From: Nitrosopumilus sp.
GTDB lineage: Archaea > Thermoproteota > Nitrososphaeria > Nitrososphaerales > Nitrosopumilaceae
Length of the DNA stretch: 64,000 bases
Reading direction: 5' to 3'
Assembly: GCA_965207075.1 (NCBI GenBank)
Contig: CBDBLO010000002.1
Span: 2,121,282 to 2,185,281 of the forward strand
Within the stretch, counting starts at the first letter, position 1. Every line of letters begins with the position of its first letter. Below are positions 30,657-40,724 of the stretch, one piece after another. Made by a program: the position numbers and the translations under genes. The notes beneath the pieces are model-generated. The model saw nothing but the letters and a program-made list of their open reading frames with translations, had not been told where the DNA came from and made no database searches.

Positions 30657-32753
30657 ATGTGGCATGTATTGAAGATTAAAGAGGTGAGGCTTAGAAATTT
30701 TCTCTCGTTTGGCAACAAACAGACCAAGATCAGATTGTCCGGACTCACCACGATCGTAGGACCTAACAGCGCGGGCAAGACCAGTCTACTCAGAGCTATA
30801 GAAGCAGTTGGCAACTGCATGATCCGGCCCCAAACCCTTCCAAAGGCATACCATCACAATGGAAACATTAGACAACCAATCGAGATCGAGATAGACGTAG
30901 AGTTCAACGACAACGAGAAAGAACTCATATCAGATTTTCTAACGTGTTCGTTTATAGCCCACTTTGGACCAAACAATATGCAAGCGGATCTCGCGAGACA
31001 AACTACCGAATGGATACTGCAAAGCAATATCGGAAAGCGCTTCGGGAATCTATGTGGCACGATGACGGCGATCCTACGTATCGAGCATAGATCATTGCCA
31101 CCAGATGTATATCTACGGATCGGCAAGGATAACGACAGCCTGTTTATACTGGATGGCAATGCAACAAAGGCGATAAATGCGGACATACGGACACACTACC
31201 ATGTTGCCCAACCAATCTTCAACATGGCCGCGCCCCACATTACTGGCCTAGATGATACTACATTTTACAATAACGCGTATCCATCCGACTTGTACGAAGC
31301 TGCGGGAGATCCACTGGATGCAATGATTGGATGTGACAATGATGTCCTTTTCTACCTTGGTCAATTTTCGACTGATCATTTTGAAAGGATGGCGGAAATT
31401 CCACGAGAGTTTGCACGAATACGGGATTTTGTTAGGAATGAGCAAATAAATACGATAAACTTCAATACAATGATTGCACATCTGTTCTCAAAATCCATAG
31501 TAAAAATGTCAGGAGTGCCAACACAGATCAGAGATGTGCCAATCTCAGAAGACGTGCAGAATATGCCCATTGAAAATGTCACAGGCCATAACCTATCCAG
31601 AATTCTATTCAGAATGAATAACAAGGACGATCCCGCCATAATATCTCGGTACAATGAGATCATCTCAAAGATGAAAGAGATGACGGGACTAGATGTCCGA
31701 ATCCAGATAAGCGCCAGAGATGCACAAAACCAAGAGGAGCAGCAGCCAGATTACAATATATCCGTCAACTTCATGAGGGACGAGATGCTGATTCCGGCCG
31801 AGCTTGTGGCTAGCGGTGACATCGAATTGCTAATTTTTTTGACCACGTTGATCGGGCAGAAGAACAGAATATTGCTCCTGGATGAACCTGCATCTAGTCT
31901 GCATCCAGACAGACAGAAGGCAATACAGACGCTCATGCATAAAATAGCAGAAGAAGGACGCAATCAGATCATCATAATCACGCATTCACCATTCCTGACG
32001 GATCCGTATGGACGAGAACCGCTGCTGAGATTCTTTGCAAATGAAACCGGGACAAAGGTGGTGGACGTAGAACAGATATTGTCCGAAAACGAAAAAGCCG
32101 GGACAACAATGCAGAATGTTGATGTCCGCTCAATGATGTTCCAGATGGGAGTGATCATAGTAGAAGGATTATCAGATAAAATGGTGATTGAGTCTACAGA
32201 CAAGATCATGACAGAAATGGGAGATGGTCCCGACATTGAAGGCAACGAATGGGCAGTACTGGAAGGGGGCGGAAAGTATGAGGCTTGTTGGCTGTCATAT
32301 TTAGCAAAAGAGATGGGTATCCCGTATATTGTCATAGTGGATCGTGATGCTCTTATGAGATGCGAGAAGAAGATAAGTATGGAAGACAAAAAAGTACTTG
32401 CCTCGCCTGTCGTGCGGCACATCTACAATACATACGGATTCTCAGATAAAGAGCAAAGGGCTATGATAAGCGTGCGGCCTCTAGTAGCTAGAGAACGCTG
32501 GAAAGAGTATGATCCAGATGACTTTGATGATCTGCGCGATATTGCGCGATCCCACGACATACACGTGCTGAATGGCGATCTGGAGGAGATTATTGGAATA
32601 AAAAAGCGCGGGCGCGGCAAGCCCGTATTTGCGCTGAGACAGATCGACCAAATGTGTGCAAAAGGCCAAATTCCAGAGGGATTGAGGGACTTGATGAACA
32701 TGATTGGCAGAATAGTCAAGGAAAACGGGAGGGGCGTGGCTTGGGTGCCTTGA
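30657..32753 (+). CDS. OLD-family ATP-dependent nuclease (ABC ATPase + TOPRIM)
   Basis: GPNSAGKTS, ASGD, LLLDEP and ITHSP in the ATPase; IVEGLSD and DRD in the TOPRIM domain. Confidence 0.88.
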   Translation: MWHVLKIKEVRLRNFLSFGNKQTKIRLSGLTTIVGPNSAGKTSLLRAIEAVGNCMIRPQTLPKAYHHNGNIRQPIEIEIDVEFNDNEKELISDFLTCSFIAHFGPNNMQADLARQTTEWILQSNIGKRFGNLCGTMTAILRIEHRSLPPDVYLRIGKDNDSLFILDGNATKAINADIRTHYHVAQPIFNMAAPHITGLDDTTFYNNAYPSDLYEAAGDPLDAMIGCDNDVLFYLGQFSTDHFERMAEIPREFARIRDFVRNEQINTINFNTMIAHLFSKSIVKMSGVPTQIRDVPISEDVQNMPIENVTGHNLSRILFRMNNKDDPAIISRYNEIISKMKEMTGLDVRIQISARDAQNQEEQQPDYNISVNFMRDEMLIPAELVASGDIELLIFLTTLIGQKNRILLLDEPASSLHPDRQKAIQTLMHKIAEEGRNQIIIITHSPFLTDPYGREPLLRFFANETGTKVVDVEQILSENEKAGTTMQNVDVRSMMFQMGVIIVEGLSDKMVIESTDKIMTEMGDGPDIEGNEWAVLEGGGKYEACWLSYLAKEMGIPYIVIVDRDALMRCEKKISMEDKKVLASPVVRHIYNTYGFSDKEQRAMISVRPLVARERWKEYDPDDFDDLRDIARSHDIHVLNGDLEEIIGIKKRGRGKPVFALRQIDQMCAKGQIPEGLRDLMNMIGRIVKENGRGVAWVP

Positions 32754-32808
32754 GTTTTTCTACCTCGCACTTGTACTCGATCAGATCGGATGCTCCCTTG
32801 GACTCGAT

Positions 32809-32960
32809 TTATCGCTTTCCGTCCTTATGAACCGCGTCTTCTACTTGGAGAACGCGTTGGATTGAGGTTGTGCTTACGGCATAGATCGGCCGCCTGATGC
32901 CCGCCTCCAGAAATTCAAGCACGATCAGGATCTTGTCCTTTGCAGCGAATTTTTTGCCCT
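32809..32960 (-). pseudogene. Transposase HTH fragment (IS3-like orfA)
   Basis: GKKFAAKDKILIVLEFL followed by frameshifted sequence. Confidence 0.4.
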
Positions 32961-33040
32961 TTATTGCGCTGGCTCCCTGCTGTGCAAAATTTGTTTGTAT
33001 GTAGACGCTCTCAATTTGGGGGGTGGGCGGATGTACCATT

Positions 33041-33895
33041 CTATATATTGAGTCTGCGTAGTATGACTTTAGCAGCAATGGGCCGCAGGGTCCAGATTTT
33101 CGTGGTCAGTTTTTCCTTGTATGCGTCAAATACGGCGCGATTGCACGCTGTATCCGCGTGTTTTATGCGATTGTTGAGACATCTCAGATCCTTAATAGTA
33201 GACGTATTGTCGTTTGTGATACTACACACCTCTTTGTCAAAGTCGTCACCGGTTCTATCAGCGTCAAAGTTGGTCGCATGTTCTAGCGACTCGTATATGC
33301 TGCCAAACGCCCTGGATTTGCTTATGCCTTGGGTACCATCCAAGTATCTGTCGAGTGATTTTTGCAGGTTGTGTATTTTCAAAGAGGATCCGGCACCGGC
33401 ACCAAACACATATCGGATCTTTTCTAGCGCGTCAATGGCATGAACCTCGTCCAATACAACCCCCGCACGGCCCACACTGACAGCAACAGAGTCTGTTATC
33501 GAACCAGATGATCGTGGTGCATGAATCGTCACATGAGACGAATCCAAAGAACAGGTAGAAAATGCCACCCTGTTCATCACAAGGTTGCATGCCATAATCA
33601 CGTGTCGCATAAACTCGTCACCGTAATAATCATCAAGTATAGGGAGTCCTAACGACAACGGATCTGATACTGTAAGCCTGACACGGCAGTCACCATCGGG
33701 TTTTGTCAGTGAAATACAGTGCTGGTTCTTGAGTTGGATTTCGGCGCTGGTTTCCAATCCAGGAGCATCAGGTTGAGAGGGATCGTGTACATACAACAAC
33801 TTCGATATAGTGTCATCAGATGTAGATTCTCCTGAAAACTCAGTTGGTGGGGATTTGGCGCACATCTTGGACACAAATTTCAAGAATTTACTCAT
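33041..33895 (-). CDS. Hypothetical protein, possible ApeA/MauJ-like HEPN C-terminus
   Basis: FGSIYESLE and LRCLNNRIKH near the C-terminus. Confidence 0.55.
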   Translation of the reverse strand: MSKFLKFVSKMCAKSPPTEFSGESTSDDTISKLLYVHDPSQPDAPGLETSAEIQLKNQHCISLTKPDGDCRVRLTVSDPLSLGLPILDDYYGDEFMRHVIMACNLVMNRVAFSTCSLDSSHVTIHAPRSSGSITDSVAVSVGRAGVVLDEVHAIDALEKIRYVFGAGAGSSLKIHNLQKSLDRYLDGTQGISKSRAFGSIYESLEHATNFDADRTGDDFDKEVCSITNDNTSTIKDLRCLNNRIKHADTACNRAVFDAYKEKLTTKIWTLRPIAAKVILRRLNI

Positions 33896-34107
33896 ATGGA
33901 CACACGTCAACCTCATGTTCTAGAGAACCCAGACATCACACGTGTTCATTTGAACTTTTATTTGAAAGTTGGGTTGATCTAGGCGCTATCTATGCAAATT
34001 TATCCTTCAATTTGCAAGTTGGATAACGCCCATTCATTCAAAACCTTAATTAATGGGATTACCGTACTATAACCAAGAGCTTAGAAATAATACCGTATTG
34101 GGACGGT

Positions 34108-34128
34108 TCCCTCTAGACCCGCTCCTAT
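34108..34128 (+). repeat. attR (copy of tRNA-Lys 3' end)
   Basis: TCCCTCTAGACCCGCTCCTAT. GC content returns to backbone level right after it. Confidence 0.9.
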
Positions 34129-34154
34129 TGTAGCCTAGCGTGCCCCGAACCCGG

Positions 34155-34922
34155 TCATATGCTGCGCCGGTGCAGGTACAACGCGTAAATGACGATGGCG
34201 TGGGATGCGTTCCACAGCGGCCCCGACACGTCGCCAAACTCGTACGCGCCAAGCGTGTACGCATAGTTGTACGCCAGATCCCCGACCGTTCCGACCGCGA
34301 TGCCGGCAAGCAGCGCCCGCCATGCCGGCGTCATGGCGGTGCCGACAAACACCGAAAACGCCACCAGGGTCAGCGCAAGAACCACCGAGGACGCGCCGAC
34401 AAACACCAGGTTGTAGTAGAACAGGCCCGCCGGCGCATGGTCGACGCTGTGCAGGAACATTGCAGAGTATGCCAGCACGACCAGCGCCGGCACCGATGCC
34501 AGCATCCCCTTCTGCCGCACGGTGAACCTATCTGCAAAGTACCTCACGTTGATCGTGACGTGGACTGCCAGCAACACATACGCGCAGAGAAAGAGTGTTT
34601 CGCCCACCCGTGCGAACTGCGCAAGCCCGTGCGCGTCGACAAAGTGGAAAAATATGACCTCGCCTGCAAAGACCGCCGCATACGACGCACCCAGTACGAG
34701 AAACGACCTGCCAAAGACCCTGGAGTTGCCGTAGTGCCTCGCCGTCACAAGGCAGAACGCCGCGACCGGCAGCGGGGCCAGCACGATTGACAGCCTGATC
34801 ACCATGTCGTTGCCGCCGCCCGCGGCATGGTGCACCGCCGCCGCATGCAGCACAAACGATCCACACAGTATGGCAACCGGGACTAGCGCGTCCCTCCTTC
34901 CCACCGTCCTTGGCATCATCAT
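34155..34922 (-). CDS. Multi-pass membrane protein (sensor-like)
   Basis: About 7-8 hydrophobic segments. Overlaps the stop of the regulator gene. Confidence 0.75.
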   Translation of the reverse strand: MMMPRTVGRRDALVPVAILCGSFVLHAAAVHHAAGGGNDMVIRLSIVLAPLPVAAFCLVTARHYGNSRVFGRSFLVLGASYAAVFAGEVIFFHFVDAHGLAQFARVGETLFLCAYVLLAVHVTINVRYFADRFTVRQKGMLASVPALVVLAYSAMFLHSVDHAPAGLFYYNLVFVGASSVVLALTLVAFSVFVGTAMTPAWRALLAGIAVGTVGDLAYNYAYTLGAYEFGDVSGPLWNASHAIVIYALYLHRRSI

Positions 34923-35551
34923 TTTGACTGCCTGGCCCTTGTCTGCACGATGGAGTTGAACGCAAAGCTCCTGCTCAGTATGGCGTCGTCAAGCCCGGCG
35001 CTCACGCTGATCCACGAGTCGCGCATGTCAAACGCCACCTTGCGCAGCGTGGCGGAGAACTCCTTGACGCTTCTGCCGTCCCTTGCCTCCGCACGGCCCG
35101 CCACGGCCAGCAGCCCGCCGTCCAGCAGGTCCCTTATCCTGCTGTAGGTGGACGCCTTTGGCAGCCCGGACGCCGCTATGACGTCCGGCACGGTCATGGG
35201 GCGCCTCATCATGTCGAGTATGGCCCTTTTGGCCGGATCCCCGTATGACTCGAATACGTACCTTGTAACCGTATCGTGCGTGATGTTCAGCGTGGCGCCG
35301 CCGCCGCCCCTGCCCCCCTTCTCCAGGGACATGATCTTCCGAAACGCCTTGGATTCGACGTTGGCGGCGTGCCTGCCAAAGAACTTGCGCAGCACCAGGT
35401 CGAGCTTTGCAAAGTCACCGGCCGCCTCGCGCACGCCCAGTCCGTACATGCCCCGGACCTCCCTCTCGACGTTCCTGTAGGTCACCCTGCCCAGGTCCTC
35501 CTCCAGCACGCTTCGCACGCCGTCCGCGATTATGACGTCAAGCGGATTCAT
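34919..35551 (-). CDS. Winged-helix transcriptional regulator
   Basis: GDPAKRAILD...TVPDVIAASGLPKASTYSRIRDL ArsR-like HTH. Confidence 0.8.
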   Translation of the reverse strand: MNPLDVIIADGVRSVLEEDLGRVTYRNVEREVRGMYGLGVREAAGDFAKLDLVLRKFFGRHAANVESKAFRKIMSLEKGGRGGGGATLNITHDTVTRYVFESYGDPAKRAILDMMRRPMTVPDVIAASGLPKASTYSRIRDLLDGGLLAVAGRAEARDGRSVKEFSATLRKVAFDMRDSWISVSAGLDDAILSRSFAFNSIVQTRARQSK

Positions 35552-35654
35552 ACAACAAGTCCCACCCCGGCGCTATAAAACATTGCGTGTGGAAATAGTC
35601 TACTATTTCCAATTTTTAAGAAACAGATAAATACAGACACGCCCCAGCTACCGC

Positions 35655-35906
35655 ATGAGATCGAAGACAGTCCTGATGGCGGGGGTGCTCGCGGTGTTCG
35701 TGGCGGGCATGGCCGCGGCGGCGACGGCGTACTCGTTTGACGGATCGGAGTCGCCGGACGCGTCAGTCCCCAGGTATTCAGAAACGTGCGCGCACGGCCA
35801 CAACGGCTTTGACTGCAAGCCGCCAAACCATACAGCGGACATCGCCTCACTCGAGCAGAGGGTGACGCAGCTGGAGCAAGACGTGCAGAACCTGGGACGC
35901 AGGTGA
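35655..35906 (+). CDS. Small secreted protein
   Basis: Signal peptide, Cys pair and a C-terminal coiled coil. Confidence 0.55.
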   Translation: MRSKTVLMAGVLAVFVAGMAAAATAYSFDGSESPDASVPRYSETCAHGHNGFDCKPPNHTADIASLEQRVTQLEQDVQNLGRR

Positions 35907-36511
35907 GTCCCACCCATTTTTCTATCAGCGTCTGTTGCGGGCCCCGGTGAAGGGCGCGCCGCGGCAAGGACGGTCGGGGGATGTCACCAAGCTCGCCGCC
36001 ACAGGGCCCCAAAGGATCGGGCGGCCCAAGGCAGAGGCGGCAGGGGTGCCCGGCCTGCGGCCCCGTGTTTGCACGCGGGGGAAGCGGGATACCAAGCCTC
36101 CAACCGGCCGAAGCAGGGGGAGCACGGCAGCCACGCAAGCCTGAAATTGCCAGCCCCTTCCTGAGGCGGCCAAGATGCTGCGAGGCCTGTCATTAGGCCT
36201 GAGAGGGCCCTCGGCCGCGGCGCCCGGCGAGTATCGCAGAAAAGTAGCGCGATTGGCTCTCCTGCAGAGGCGCGGAGGCTGCGCGGCCTCCATGGCACGC
36301 CTGCCCGACAGCATCCATTACGTGACTACCGGTTGATGGCAATCGGGCGCCTTGGATTGGCACCGGCGTTTTTCCCACCCCAGCAAGGGAGCCGCGCGCG
36401 TACCCAGGCCCCCTGAGGGCTCGCGCCCGCCGATCCGCATGCAGATTTCACAGGAGGGGGGCGGGTCCATACAGCCGCGCGACCGCAAGTCTTTTTAGCC
36501 CACTCCGCGAC

Positions 36512-37900
36512 GTGGTATCAACTGTGAATTACAACATACGCACGACGCTGGTGCTGGCATCTGCAATAGTCGCCGCGACAGCGGCCGCACTCTCCATGCC
36601 GCTTGATCCTACTGCTGCTGCTGCCGGAACGGCCGCCTACGCCCAGACCCAAGGGCTGACAGAGATAAAGATAGGGGCGCTGCTGGAGTTCGGTCCGAGC
36701 TACGACGACACCAGCAGCCTGAAATCCATGGAGCTGTCAATACAGGACATCAACAACGATCCCGTCATAAGCACAAAATACAACGTGACGCTCGTGACGC
36801 TGGACGTCACGGGCCTTAACCCGACGGAGATCGAAGGGGTGGTTCAGAACGCAGTCCAGACCCAGGGAATAAACCACTTCGTGGGCCACTCCAGCTCGAC
36901 TGTCGCGCCCGCCAAACGGGTGCTCGACGACGAGATACCCGACGCGGCCATTGTATCCTACGGGTCGTCGGCCCCGATAATCCCGCTTCCCGGCGTCGGC
37001 CCCGTCAACCTCGTGGTCATAGACAGCCTGTTCAGGCTGATTCCAAACGACTCGCACCAGGCGGCGAGCGTGATCGACCTCGTACTGAACAAGGACGGCA
37101 AGACAAATGTCGTGATAGTCGTCCGCGAGTCGTGGCATCCGATCGTCAACTTCCTCATAGCTCCGGAGCTCGCCGACGCCTTTGAGCACCGGATACCGTA
37201 CACGGAGGCCGAAAGGTTTGCCGATCCGGCCGAGGCCGTATCCAGCCATGCGTCAGTCGCGCAGACCGTCGACGGCATCGTGGGCCGCCTCGTAGCCGCC
37301 GAGGGCGCCGACAAGGTGGCGGTGATGTTCATAGGATTCCCGCTTGACTTTGAATACCACGTAAAGGGCGTGCTGTCGGCCGGCGACGGCCTCGCAAACC
37401 TACATGGCGTAAAGTGGTACAGCACGGCCACCATCACGGGAGAGTCCGCCGCCGTACGCGACGCGGACGTGGCGGAGTTTGCAAAAAAGGTGGAGCTCTC
37501 CGGAACCCGCTACACCGTGCTTGACAACCCCGTCAACGCCGATCTCTGCAACACGCTGCTGCAGCAGGGGGTGATCTGCGACCGGTACGAGTACGGGCCG
37601 TTCGCCGCATACGACGCGATACACCTCCTGGTAGACGCCATCGTAACGCGCGACGGGCTGGCAGACGGCAGCATACCGGGCGACGAGAGAACCGCCAGGG
37701 ACCTGATACTCGACGTGTCTAGCGGCAGGGGATTCCACCACCTCGTGTACGAGGGAAGGGCCATAGGCGACGGCGCGCTGGGAGAATACACGCTCAACGC
37801 GGCAGGCGACCTTGAGACGCCCGTCACGTATACGGTGCTGAAATCCACCACGAACCCCGACAGCCCGTGGGTGCCCGCCAAGCCCATAATATGCCGCTAA
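36512..37900 (+). CDS. Type I periplasmic-binding-fold (branched-chain amino acid-binding-like) protein
   Basis: Signal peptide, IKIGALL, VSYGSSAP, LFRLIPND and AAYDA motifs. Confidence 0.8.
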   Translation: MVSTVNYNIRTTLVLASAIVAATAAALSMPLDPTAAAAGTAAYAQTQGLTEIKIGALLEFGPSYDDTSSLKSMELSIQDINNDPVISTKYNVTLVTLDVTGLNPTEIEGVVQNAVQTQGINHFVGHSSSTVAPAKRVLDDEIPDAAIVSYGSSAPIIPLPGVGPVNLVVIDSLFRLIPNDSHQAASVIDLVLNKDGKTNVVIVVRESWHPIVNFLIAPELADAFEHRIPYTEAERFADPAEAVSSHASVAQTVDGIVGRLVAAEGADKVAVMFIGFPLDFEYHVKGVLSAGDGLANLHGVKWYSTATITGESAAVRDADVAEFAKKVELSGTRYTVLDNPVNADLCNTLLQQGVICDRYEYGPFAAYDAIHLLVDAIVTRDGLADGSIPGDERTARDLILDVSSGRGFHHLVYEGRAIGDGALGEYTLNAAGDLETPVTYTVLKSTTNPDSPWVPAKPIICR

Positions 37901-37962
37901 AATCCACTATTGCTTGATGTAACATCAGGATGTTTTAAGTATCCCTTGCATGAACTCCCTCC

Positions 37963-39192
37963 ATGACCGCAATGGTGCTGGAGTGCCGCGAGTGCAAGAA
38001 GAGGTACGGCACGGAGTTCCGCTACGTGTGCGACGAGTGCTTTGGGCCGCTCGACGTGAGGTACGAGGGGCTGCCGAGGCTCGAGCCCGGGACGTTTGAG
38101 GGGCGCGAGCAGACATACTGGAGGTACAGGGAGCTGCTGCCCGTCGAGGACGCGTCAAACATCATAAGCATAGGGGCCGGCATGACCCCGCTGATCAAGG
38201 CCGACGCGCTGGCCGAGCGGCTGGGCCTCAGGAACGTCTACATCAAGAACGACTCGGTGAATCCGACGTTCTCCTTCAAGGACAGGCCGGCCGGGGTCGC
38301 GGTCTCAAAGGCAAAAGAGTTCGGGATGTCCAGGGTCGGGTGCGCCTCGACTGGCAACCTGGCGTCTGCGACTGCCGCGCACGCGGCAAGGGGCGGCATG
38401 CCGTGCCACATATTCGCGCCAAGCAACATAGAGATGGCAAAGATCGCCCAGGCGCTCTCCTACGGGGCCGACTACATATCGGTGGACGGCACGTACGACG
38501 ACGCGAACAGGATAGCGGCCCAGGCCGGGGACAGGCTGGGCATCGGCGTGGTCAACATCAACATGAGATCATACTACGTGGAGGGCTCAAAGACCCTGGC
38601 ATACGAGGTAGCCGAGCAGCTGGGCTGGCGCGTGCCGGACAACCTTGTGGTGCCGGTCGGAAGCGGGGCCATGCTCAACGCCATATGCAAGGGGTTCGAG
38701 GAGCTGGAGTCCGCGTCGCTCGTGCCGGGCGGGGGCGTGCGGGGCATGAGGGTGCACGCGGCCCAGCCGACTGGGTGCGCGCCCGTGGTGGACGCGTTTG
38801 CAAACAACCAGGATGCAGTCGTGCCAGTCGAGTCCCCCGACACCATAGCAAAGAGCCTGGCGATAGGCGACCCGGGCGACGGCAGGTACGTCCTCAAGCG
38901 GCTAAGGCAGTACGACGGCACGGCTGTGGAGACGTCAGACAGCGAGATCATAGACGCCATACTGCTCCTTGCAAAGACCGAGGGCATATTCACGGAGCCG
39001 GCCGGCGGGGTTGCAGTCGCCACGCTGCAGAAGATGGCGGAGCAAAAAATGATTGATCCCGGCGACTCCGTGGTGTGCTATGTGACCGGCAACGGGCTCA
39101 AGGCGACGGAGGCCGTGATGAGGTCGCTCAAGAAACCGGAGACCGTAAAGGCCGACGCGCAGGCCATAATAGCGGAGGTCGCAGGCAGGTAA
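37963..39192 (+). CDS. thrC: Threonine synthase
   Basis: NPTFSFKDR PLP lysine, ASTGN, EGSKT, TGNGLK. Confidence 0.92.
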   Translation: MTAMVLECRECKKRYGTEFRYVCDECFGPLDVRYEGLPRLEPGTFEGREQTYWRYRELLPVEDASNIISIGAGMTPLIKADALAERLGLRNVYIKNDSVNPTFSFKDRPAGVAVSKAKEFGMSRVGCASTGNLASATAAHAARGGMPCHIFAPSNIEMAKIAQALSYGADYISVDGTYDDANRIAAQAGDRLGIGVVNINMRSYYVEGSKTLAYEVAEQLGWRVPDNLVVPVGSGAMLNAICKGFEELESASLVPGGGVRGMRVHAAQPTGCAPVVDAFANNQDAVVPVESPDTIAKSLAIGDPGDGRYVLKRLRQYDGTAVETSDSEIIDAILLLAKTEGIFTEPAGGVAVATLQKMAEQKMIDPGDSVVCYVTGNGLKATEAVMRSLKKPETVKADAQAIIAEVAGR

Positions 39193-40655
39193 TGGCGCCA
39201 GAGCCTGCGGGAGGGGCGGCTGCCATAACGTTCGTGGTACCGTCCGTGCTGAACCCCGGCGGGGGCGGCGAGCAGAGGATCGACATGGATGTAACGTCGC
39301 TTGCCGACGCGTTTGCAAGGGCAGTCGAGGCCAAGGGCCCCGACTTTGCAAGGCGCGTCATGGAGCCGGACGGCAGGACGCCGCGGCAGCTGATCAACGT
39401 GTACATCAACGGCAAGAACGCAAAGTTCTCCGGCGGCATGGATGCCAAGCTCGGGGACGGGGACGAGGTGTATATACTGCCGGCCGTCGCTGGGGGCAGC
39501 GGCGGCGGCACCGAGAATGGCAGTAGCAGCAGCGCCGCGGCCGCGCAGGCGACCATATCAGAGGGGCTGACCCCGCGGGAGCTGGAGCGCTTCTCGCGCC
39601 AGGTGATGCTCGAGGAGATAGGATACAACGGGCAGATAAAGCTGAGGCAGGCCAAGATATGCATAGTCGGATCCGGCGGGCTCGGGAACCCCATCGCCAC
39701 CAGGCTGGCCGCCATGGGCGCGGGGGCGCTCAGGATAATCGACCGCGACACGATAGAGCTGACAAACCTGCACAGGCAGACCTTGTTTGACGAGGACGAC
39801 GTGGGGCAGGTAAAGGTGGAGGTAGCCGCGCGCAAGCTGCGCAAGCTGGCCCCCCACTGCGAGATCGAGCCGGTCCCCATGTCGGTGGGCGCGGCCAACG
39901 CGGCCGATGCCGTGGCGGGGTGCGACGTGGTCGTCGACGCGCTCGACAGCGTGGAGGCCAGGTACGCGCTCAACGCGGCGTGCGTCAGGCTGGGCATACC
40001 GTTCGTTACGGGGGCGGCAGTAGGCGTCTCGGGGCAGGCATTCACCGTCATGCCCGGAAGCTCGGCGTGCTACCACTGCGTCTTTCCCGGCCTGGACGAG
40101 GACTCGATGCCGACCTGCAGCGTGGAGGGGGTCCACCCGTCGATACTCTCGATTGTCGGCGGAATAGAGGTGGCAGAGGCAGTCAATGTAATTTTGGGCA
40201 GGAAGCCGTCGCTCTCAGAGCGGATACTGCACGTAGACCTGGAGGAGATGGAGTTCCACAAGACCCGGACGTTCAGGGCGCCGGAGTGCCCCGTGTGCGG
40301 CGTCGGTGGCGGCAGCGACACCGGGAAAACGGATCCCGGGACATTGGAGCAGCAGCAGCAGAAAAAAGATCCCGACGGCCTCGTACTCGAGGAGCTGTGC
40401 GGCCGCAACAGGGGCAAGCGCACGTTTGCGATAACGCCCCCCGCCGCGCTCGACGTGGACCTTGGCGCCATATCCGACGCGGCGCGCCAAAAAGGATTCA
40501 CCGTGGAGAACCAGGGGGACCTGGGGCTGTCACTGCGCACAGACGAGCTGTCCGTCAGCATAATGAAGAAGGGCTCGGCCGTCGTGGTCGGGACAGAGGA
40601 CGAGGCGGGGGCCGCCAAGCTGTACAACGAGCTGCTCGGACGCGGTAGCCGGTAG
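39192..40655 (+). CDS. Ubiquitin-like (MoaD/ThiS)::ThiF/MoeB adenylyltransferase fusion
   Basis: Beta-grasp domain ending ILPAVAGG, a linker, then RFSRQ, GSGGLG, NLHRQ, CYHC and CPVC. Confidence 0.9.
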   Translation: MAPEPAGGAAAITFVVPSVLNPGGGGEQRIDMDVTSLADAFARAVEAKGPDFARRVMEPDGRTPRQLINVYINGKNAKFSGGMDAKLGDGDEVYILPAVAGGSGGGTENGSSSSAAAAQATISEGLTPRELERFSRQVMLEEIGYNGQIKLRQAKICIVGSGGLGNPIATRLAAMGAGALRIIDRDTIELTNLHRQTLFDEDDVGQVKVEVAARKLRKLAPHCEIEPVPMSVGAANAADAVAGCDVVVDALDSVEARYALNAACVRLGIPFVTGAAVGVSGQAFTVMPGSSACYHCVFPGLDEDSMPTCSVEGVHPSILSIVGGIEVAEAVNVILGRKPSLSERILHVDLEEMEFHKTRTFRAPECPVCGVGGGSDTGKTDPGTLEQQQQKKDPDGLVLEELCGRNRGKRTFAITPPAALDVDLGAISDAARQKGFTVENQGDLGLSLRTDELSVSIMKKGSAVVVGTEDEAGAAKLYNELLGRGSR

Positions 40656-40724
40656 GGGCCGGCAGGGGCCGCGGCCGGCGCGCGCCGCGGGCACCACACG
40701 AAGTACGAGTCCACGCCGCGCGCG

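Larger units (their letters stand above)
7873..34128. mobile_element. tRNA-Lys-integrated genomic (defence) island
   Basis: Direct repeat TCCCTCTAGACCCGCT[A/C]CTAT at 7873-7893 and 34108-34128, with an adjacent integrase and AT-rich cargo. Confidence 0.9.

Noticed and set aside
35920-36500. GC-rich intergenic region as SRP or RNase P RNA
   Set aside because: The diagnostic SRP helix-8 and RNase P P4 motifs were not found, and the hairpins are expected at this GC level.
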